Positions 55,286 through 64,000 of a stretch of 64,000 nucleotides of DNA are shown here, in pieces. This DNA is from Macrostomum lignano. Taxonomy: Eukaryota. Under the pieces are notes generated by a model. It worked only from the letters and a program-made list of their open reading frames with translations, had not been told where the DNA came from and did no database searches. The position numbers and the translations under genes were made by a program. The stretch spans positions 1 through 64,000 of the forward strand of contig NIVC01003053.1 in assembly GCA_002269645.1 (NCBI GenBank). The letters run 5' to 3'. The first letter of the stretch is position 1; each line of letters starts with the position of its first letter.

Positions 55286-57722
55286 GAGGTGGAGGCGCAC
55301 TCTGAATTACTTAAGCGAATCTGTTTGAAAGGAACTGCATGAAAAGTCGACAATGCTTAGGAGTTAGGAATATTCAATAGCTTTTAATACGCTTTTTTTA
55401 TATATTTGTACAAGCATATTGTAAAAAAATAAGTAGCTAGAATGGCATGCTTCTTAGCGGCAAAAATCAACGAAGTTCAAATACATTCAAGTACAGCTTG
55501 TTTAATATAGGAATCCCATAATGATTATTGTATAATAAAAAATTTCAATAATGCAAAAATACCAAGTAACTGGGCACAATATATTCTGCAGCCCTGGCTT
55601 GAACTAAGAGGAAAAATCTTGAAATAGTACTAATTGATAATGTGAAAGTAGAAATTATAGATCTTGTTTCTTTCGAAACAAACGGAAGCCCGAAAAGAAA
55701 AGCATCGCTTGGGCATAAAGGAACTACACTGGAGAGTGGAGAGCAATAATAAAAAGTACTGTTTTGTTGCAACCTGCAATCAAGATACTTATATTGTAAT
55801 TTTTTAAGTTGAGATTGAAACAGACTCTGTCATATTACGCCTTGAGCCTTATAAGGGTAGTATTAGAAAACGTATATAGCCTAGAACTAGAATTCCTTTT
55901 TTATGGAGGATCACACCCCTTCACGCAAGGGGTGGTTGGTGTTTATCGATTTTCTTGTTGGCTTTCGCATCCTACCCTGTTACGAGCATCTTTTACCACG
56001 CTGCACGTAAGGGGTGGTTGGTTGGCGCTTATCGATTTTCTTGTCTCACCCTTTTTCGTTTCCCTTTTACGAGTACCAATGCTAACCCTGACAAATTTCA
56101 CCAAGGCTGGAAGGCTGGATTGCCGGGCTAGGCGTTAGGGGAGGGGGGTGGTTGGCTATCAGTTTTCTGGTTGGACCAAAGTGTTCTTGATCTTCACATC
56201 TACCCCCCTCCGCGGGTAACCCTACATAATGGCTGATAATTAGCTGGATGCCCCTTCTCTGACGTGCTGCGAGTGGGGGTTGGTTGGTCATTATCGATTT
56301 TTATGGGTTAGCTGTTTGCAAACTGGCTAACCGATTGTAGATTTTTAATAGGCTATAAAATCTCGACGCTGAAACGCAGACGGTTGGAGAACATTTGCGA
56401 TATAATCTAAACTACGCAGCCACTATATAGCTTCTTATTCACCCCCTTACACTCACAGAATTTGTGTTCAATATTAGGAATATAAAAAGGAATTCTTCGC
56501 TTCAAAGTTGACTCAGGAATAAATTATGCAAACAAAGTAGCAGTTTTACTTGGTTAATTTAGGTACAGATACACGATACAAATATTAAGTATTGGACATC
56601 GATTTTGGTTCCAAATTTCGTTTTTAGATTCAAAACAGAAATCAATATACATCGTCGCTTGTATTAAAATATACAATGCAGCAATAAAATGTGTAAAAAA
56701 TGAACAGTCAATTTGGACGCTGAGATAATGTGAAAGCGAAATAGATTAATTCTATTCTCAAACCTAACAGCACAACATAATTTGCCTATTAGGCAAATAT
56801 ACTATCACCTAATCAATCATAATGAATTAACTATAAATTTAATTTGTCAAAACATGCAAATAATGGGAACAGTGTAAAATAAATAACCCTTAATTTTAGA
56901 GTTAAAATAAATCCTGTCGTTGCTTAAGGCAAGGTTAGACGAATCAAAACAAAAAAAAACAATTTCTTCCTGTTAAAACTAAATCACCGAATCAACCGAA
57001 AAAAACTTGAATAGAACTAAAAACCGTTTCAAAAGACTGAATAAGCAGAATCTATAGATGGTTTTTTGTCTTTAAACACGATTTGAATGAAAATAGCCGT
57101 AGTGAGTTGTAGTGAAATTGTAACAATTTTGCTTTAACCCGATGAAAACGGTACCCAGGCCAAAAAGCGTCCCAGAGTCGCTTGCGCCGCCAAAAAGTCG
57201 TCATCGTCAAAGAGTCGCTCAACAATCACTTTGAAGCGTTTTATTTCCTGAAACTCTGAAACGACACTGGGGCGATGCAAGTGACTCTGGGGCATAAAGT
57301 GGTATTTGAGGCGTGCTAGAGTCACTGTAGAGGAACTGAGTTGTGTTTAGAAGCGCATTTGCGTCGCTTCATGATCTGAGTCGCATCTCTAGCGAAAGCT
57401 AAGTGCCAACACAACGATTCTTGGACGACTCTTTTACGATTCTACAACTCACGTGACGCGCTTGTGACGCAAAAGTCGCCTCTCCGTCGAGTTAGACGCG
57501 TTTGAGACGAGAAAAAGTCACAGGAGTTGTCCCAGAGTCGCTAGAGTCACTAGTGAGTTGTTTGCAATGGCTGTTTAGCGATTCCTGTCATGGTAACGTT
57601 TTCAATTGGTTTTTTAGTTACTTACTTATAGCACACTTTTCGTTTCAACAAGGCTCAAAACGATGCTCTTGTAAAAAAGGGGACTCGGATCTGGAAGCAA
57701 CAACAACACTAGATAAGCATTA

Positions 57723-58003
57723 TCAGGCAAAATTGTAATTGTCCGGCGGCTCGCAAACTGTAGGCTGCGGAGTAGCCGCCAGCGCGGCCGGGCTGACCCC
57801 AGCCTGGGCCAGCACAACCAGTCTGGCCTCCAGCTCTAGTCGGACAAAGCCGTCCAATTGCTGCCGATAGAGAGGGGATCTCATTGGGCCGCCATTAAGG
57901 CGGTTCAGACCGTCTGACCAGTGGTGAAACACTTCAGCATCGTCTGTGTGCAGCAGGCAGCTGATTTCGGTTTCAAGCTGATTTTCGATTTGCTGCAGTT
58001 GCA

Positions 58004-58034
<31 letters not shown>

Positions 58035-61000
58035 GGCTGCCGCTTCTGCTGTTTGATCGCCAAAGTCGTTCGGCTCGCCTCTGCGCGGTTGAAAGGTGAG
58101 AAGGGTTGAGTTGTTTATTAAACACCTAGGAAAAAATAGAATAACTATAAATGGGCGAAAACAAATGAGAAAAAATAAAGAATAGAGACATTTATGAGAC
58201 AACAAACAAGAAATAAGTAAAAATACCCATGGGATAAATGAGAGGAGTGACGTTAGCGAGGAATAAACACACGTCTGATAGATACCTACAGGATAAACAC
58301 ACGTGTGATAAATACTCTATGCGATAATCACACGTGTGATAGATACCCCATTCGATAAACACACGTGTGATAAATACCCCATTCGATAAACACACGTGAG
58401 ATAAATACCCCATTCGATAAACACACGTGTGATAAATACCCCATTCGATAAACACACGTGTGATAAATACCCCATTCGATAAACACACGTGAGATAAATA
58501 CCCCATTCGATAAACACACGTGTGATAAATACCCTATGCTATAAACACACGTGTGATAAATACCCTTATGCAATAAACACGTGTGATAGATACCCCATTC
58601 GATAAACACACGTGTGATAGATACCCCATTCGATAAACACACGTGAGATAAATACCCCATTCGATAAACACACGTGTGATAAATACCCTATGCTATAAAC
58701 ACACGTGTGATAAATACCCTTATGCAATAAACACGTGTGATAGATACCCCATTCGATAAACACACGTGTGATAGATACCCCATTCGATAAACACACGTGA
58801 GATAAATACCCCATTCGATAAACACACGTGTGATAAATACCCTATGCTATAAACACACGTGTGATAAATACCCTTATGCAATAAACACGTGTGATAAATA
58901 CCCCATTCGATAAACACACGTGTGATAGATACCCCATTCGATAAACACACGTGAGATAAATACCCCATTCGATAAGCACACGTGTGATAAATACCCTATG
59001 CGATAAACACACGTGTGATAAATACTCATGGAATAAAAAGTCATGGTATAAATACCCCATGTGATAAACACATGTGTGATAGATACACCAAGGGATAAGC
59101 ACACGCGTGATAAATACCTCTCATGCGATAAACACGTGTGATAGATACCCATGCAATAAGCACACGTGTGATAAAGACCCCATGGGATAAATGCTTATTG
59201 GGATCAACCCGAATGGGACAAACTCTATAGCAGATTTACCTATAAAGCAGCTGTATGGCATAGTCGGACAGGAGTTTAAGCTGCCTAGAATCGGTAACAC
59301 CAACGGTGTCCCGGCCGATATCAACCCGAATGGGACAAACTCTATAGCAGATTTACCTATAAAGCAGCTGTATGGCATAGTCGGACAGGAGTTTAAGCTG
59401 CCTAGAATCGGTAACACCAACGGTGTCCCGGCCGATATCAACCCGAGCCAGATGTTGTATTGGCACTTTGTGCACAGTTGAAGAATATTGATGCTGAGGC
59501 TGCTGAGACTGCAAGTCGGAATCCGGCAATCGGAACATCAAGTACTTGCTATTAGCCGACAGTGAGAGGTGAATCCTTTGACTATAAAACTTTTTGCTGC
59601 TAGGCCGAACCAAACGATTAAATTCGGAGCCTCTGCGCATATAAGCCAAGCGTTGGCGAGCGATCAAATCTGAAACGGGCGACTGCAGCTGGGCGGTCAG
59701 GTAGACGAGGGCGCCATTGTCCCCGCTGCTCAAGGAGCTTTGCCAGCGCGCTTTCACGTCTTCGTAGGTGACCTGTTGGGTGGTTGAAGGGCGTCAAGCG
59801 CGCTTTGTGCTTTGCAGGGATAGACAATTTAAAATGGGATGCAATAACGCTTTCTGGAATTTTTGAAAGTGGGGATGGGGAGCGGGGATGGGGGAGTGAG
59901 AGTGGGGAGTGGGGATGGGGAAGTAGGGATGGGGGAGCGGGGATGGGGGAGTGGGGATGGGGAAGTAGGGATGGGGAAGTAGGGATGTGGGAGTGGGTAT
60001 GGGGAAGTAGGGATGGGGAGTGGGGATGGGGGAGTGGGGATGGGGGAGTAGGGATGTGGGAGTGAGAGTGGGGAGTGGGGATGGGGAAGTAGGGATTTGG
60101 GAGTGGGTATGGTGAAGTAGGGATGGAGAAGTAGGGATGGGGGAGTGGGGATGGGAAAGTAGGGATGGGGAAGTAGGGATGGGGAAGTAGGGATAGGGGA
60201 GTGGGGATGGGGAAGTAGGGATGGGGAAGAAGGGATGGGGAAGTAGGGATGGGGGAGTGGGGATGGGGAAGTAGGGATGGGGGAGTAGGGATGGGGAAGT
60301 AGGGATGGGGAAGTAGGGATGGGGAAGTAGGGATGGAGAAGTAGGGATGGGGAGTAGGGATGGGGAAGTAAAGATAAGTTGTAAGAGAATGTTTTAGTGC
60401 AGCGAAAGTTCAGGCAAAAACGGGCATATAAAAATTGTCGAAAAAAGAATCAGTTAAAAACTAAGAATGGTTTGCGAGCTCGTACTACACAGCACGCAAA
60501 AACACTGACGCTCAATAGGCAGTCACAGAAAATATAGTTAGCTTAACTTTTCTGACAGTCTAAACCACTAAACAGCAGGTTTACAGTGTTGCTAAAAATA
60601 GTTCAACTAGTCGCTACCACACAAATAACCGGATAGGCATTTAAGAAAGGCAAGCAAAATTAGAAAACCAGAAGTATGATTATGAAACATTTCGAAAACA
60701 ACGAACCCGATCCAGCTCTCGCCTCAGCTTATCGGCCGTGTCGGGCCTCTGCTTCAGCGCCATCCTCAGCTGCTCCTCAACTACGGCTGTCACCGTGCCA
60801 AGATCTTCGCGATTGGCGCGCGACTCTGTCCAGGTGCGCTGAAAGGTGCGCATGCAGGCCACGAAGCAGTCGCTGAAGACGTTCGGCAGTGTGAGCAGCA
60901 GCGGCGGGAACTCCGCTAGAGGTGGCGGCACCGCGGCCAACGACTGCGGGAGATGACAGCGAGGGAGATTTGTGTGAGCACAGGAGATCCGGGAGGCTGG

Positions 61001-62269
61001 CCCAGCAACTGGGGATCTGAGAGGCTGGCCCAGCAACTGAGGATCTGGGAAGCTGGCCCAGCAACTGAGGATCTGGGAGGCTGGCCCAGCAACTGAGGAT
61101 CTGGGAGGCTGGCCCAGCAGATGAGGATCTGGGAGGCTGGCCCAGCAACTGAGGATCTGGGAAGCTGGCCCAGCAACTGAGGATCTGGGAGGCTGGCCCA
61201 GCAGATGAGGATCTGGGAGGCTGGCCCAGCAACTGAGGATCTGGGAGGCTGGCCCAGCAACTGAGGATCTGGGAGGCTGGCCCAGCAACTGAGGATCTGG
61301 GAAGCTGGCCCAGCAAATGAGGATCTGGGAGGCTGGCCCAGCAACTGAGGATCTGGGAGACTGGCCCAGCAACTGTGGATCTGAGAGGCTGGCCCAGCAA
61401 CTGGGGATCTGAGAGGCTGGCCCAGCAACTGAGGATCTGGGAGGCTGGCCCAGCAACTGAGGATCTGGGAGGCTGGCCCAGCAACTGAGGATCTGGGAGG
61501 CTGGCCCAGCAACTGAGGATCTGGGAGGCTGGCCCAGCAACTGAGGATCTGGGAAGCTGGCCCAGCAACTGAGGATCTGGGAAGCTGGCCCAGCAACTGA
61601 GGATCTGGGAGACTGGCCCAGCAACTGTGGATCTGAGAGGCTGGCCCAGCAACTGAGGATCTGGTATGATGGGTATGGCTCAATAAAGGATTATTTGCTT
61701 CAGCACTTGAAAAGGCACTAGAAGTTTCTCACCATGAGCTGCTGCTGGCTGCTGTCCGCATCAGCCTGGCTGCCGTTGAAGCCGCACAGAACCCGAAGCA
61801 GAATTTTGGTCAAAGCCACGGCAGCCGAGGCCATCGGCAGTTCGGCAGCCGGCCCAGACGAATGATGGAGCTGCTGCTGCTGGAAGATCTCTCTCAGCTC
61901 CTGATTGCGCACCCGAACCAGATAATCCAGCTGGCGCAGCGCTAGCAGGCCCGGCGGCGTCTCGGCCGCGAATTCAGACATAAAAGTGGCCGGATCGGCT
62001 GGGGCAAAGCCGGCATCGGCGGCCGAGGACGAGCCGGATGAGGGCGTGGAGCTAGACTGGCGCTTGTCCGCCGTGCTGCTGTGGCTGGACGAGCCCGAAT
62101 TCGACGCCGCAGTCACGCAGGAGGCGGCCAGCGCCAGCGCCGAGCAGATGCCGTCGATTTCGCGCTGGTTTCGCTGATCAACGGGGACGAGGGCTTCGCG
62201 CTGTTGCGGCCGGAGGAACAGGCGGAGCAGGAGGTGAAGCTGCGACTCCAGACGAGGAAATGCGGCCTC
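57723..62269 (-). CDS. ELMO: ELMO / CED-12 engulfment and cell motility protein, 3' four exons (5' part lies beyond the window)
   Basis: Exons 62269-61733, 60943-60707, 59772-59357, 58080-57723; phases 0,0,2. ELMO domain (AVALTKILLRVL; FSDCFVACMRTFQRTWTESRANREDLGTVTAVVEEQLRMAL), PH domain (RQRLAYMRRGSEF...LSLSANSKYL), C-terminus (HWSDGLNRL...LEARL...EPPDNYNF). Confidence 0.9.
58262..59190. repeat. 31-bp minisatellite ATAAACACACGTGTGATAAATACCCCATTCG (ELMO last intron)
   Basis: About 29 copies, with a 154-bp higher-order unit in the centre. Confidence 0.95.
59203..59446. repeat. 117-bp tandem duplication of an ELMO exon end plus its donor site
   Basis: 59203-59319 equals 59320-59436. ATCAACCCGA occurs at 59203, 59320 and 59437. 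Confidence 0.92.
59870..60370. repeat. 14-bp G-rich minisatellite GGGGAAGTAGGGAT (ELMO intron)
   Basis: About 35 copies. Confidence 0.93.
60985..61665. repeat. 28-bp minisatellite GGCTGGCCCAGCAACTGAGGATCTGGGA, locus 3 (ELMO intron)
   Basis: About 24 copies. Confidence 0.95.
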
Positions 62270-62299
62270 CTGCAGTGTGGGTGTGCTAAAATTGGACTG

Positions 62300-62432
62300 G
62301 CTGACTGAAAGACAGACAGACACAGACAGATAGACAGACAGACAAACAGACAGACACAGACAGGCAGACAGACAGACCGACAGACAGACAGACACAGACA
62401 GGCAGACAGACAGACAGACAGACAGGCAGACC

Positions 62433-62472
<40 letters not shown>

Positions 62473-62475
62473 CTA

Positions 62476-62557
<82 letters not shown>

Positions 62558-62680
62558 GCAGGCAGACAGACAGACCGACAGGCAGACAGACAGACACTAA
62601 GACAGACAGACAGACAGACAGGCAGACAGACAGACAGACAGACAGACACTAAGACACTAATACACTAATACACTAAGACA

Positions 62681-62717
<37 letters not shown>

Positions 62718-62790
62718 CTAAGACAGACAGACAGACAGGCAGACAGACACTAAGACAGACAGACACTAAGACAGAAAGACAGACAGACAG

Positions 62791-62829
<39 letters not shown>

Positions 62830-62922
62830 CTAAGACAGACAGACAGACACTAAGACAGACAGACAGACAGGCAGACAGACACTAAGACAGACAGACACTA
62901 AGACAGAAAGACAGACAGACAG

Positions 62923-62965
<43 letters not shown>

Positions 62966-62968
62966 GTA

Positions 62969-63001
<33 letters not shown>

Positions 63002-63054
63002 GGCAGACAGACACTAAGACAGACAGACACTAAGACAGAAAGACAGACAGACAG

Positions 63055-63114
<60 letters not shown>

Positions 63115-63180
63115 GCAGGCAGACAGACAGACCGACAGGCAGACAGACAGACACTAAGACAGACAGACAGACAGACAGGC

Positions 63181-63225
<45 letters not shown>

Positions 63226-63278
63226 GGCAGACAGACACTAAGACAGACAGACACTAAGACAGAAAGACAGACAGACAG

Positions 63279-63338
<60 letters not shown>

Positions 63339-63453
63339 GCAGGCAGACAGACAGACCGACAGGCAGACAGACAGACACTAAGACAGACAGACAGGCAGAC
63401 AGACAGACAGACAGACAGACACTAAGACACTAATACACTAATACACTAAGACA

Positions 63454-63490
<37 letters not shown>

Positions 63491-63563
63491 CTAAGACAGA
63501 CAGACAGACAGGCAGACAGACACTAAGACAGACAGACACTAAGACAGAAAGACAGACAGACAG

Positions 63564-63614
<51 letters not shown>

Positions 63615-63617
63615 CTA

Positions 63618-63662
<45 letters not shown>

Positions 63663-63870
63663 CTAAGACAGACAGACAGACAGGCAGACAGACACTAAGA
63701 CAGACAGACACTAAGACAGAAAGACAGACAGACAGACAGACGGACAGACAGACAGACAGACAGACCGACAGGCAGACAGACAGACACTAAGACAGACAGA
63801 CAGACAGACAGGCAGACAGACAGACAGACAGACAGACACTAAGACACTAATACACTAATACACTAAGACA

Positions 63871-63907
<37 letters not shown>

Positions 63908-64000
63908 CTAAGACAGACAGACAGACAGGCAGACAGACACTAAGACAGACAGACACTAAGACAGAAAGACAGACAGACAGACAGACGGACAGACAGACAG
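62300..64000. repeat. (GACA)n microsatellite with GACACTAA and GGCA interruptions (ELMO intron)
   Basis: 1.7 kb, continues past the window end. Confidence 0.97.

Overview
This is eukaryotic (animal) genomic DNA with spliceosomal GT-AG introns. The gene set and introns packed with minisatellites suggest a free-living flatworm such as Macrostomum (inference only). Six protein-coding genes can be rebuilt by hand with phase-consistent splice sites. (1) A giant plakin-family gene on the minus strand (18838 to beyond base 1). Its last exon is at least 14 kb, encodes about 4,700 aa of repeats rich in TQT/IQT (LC8-type) motifs, and has one apparent 1-bp frameshift at about 7450. (2) An AidB/ACDH-11-type acyl-CoA dehydrogenase. 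(3) A DEG/ENaC channel with non-canonical pore motifs. (4) An unannotated 5-exon gene whose motif order resembles a KDZ (Kyakuja-Dileera-Zisupton) transposase. (5) An hnRNP L-like gene. (6) The 3' part of an ELMO/ced-12 gene. At 45996-50085 a TA-flanked Tc1-like shell holds a near-perfect 1.09-kb inverted duplication of a Crypton-type tyrosine recombinase, plus a second Crypton fragment. The 10-mer CCATAGACAA occurs 8 times at 34979-49115, and its 14-bp form brackets the KDZ-like gene as a direct repeat. About 20 distinct tandem arrays fill introns and intergenic DNA. No rRNA, tRNA gene or CRISPR array was found. Homology calls are motif recognition by eye, not database searches.
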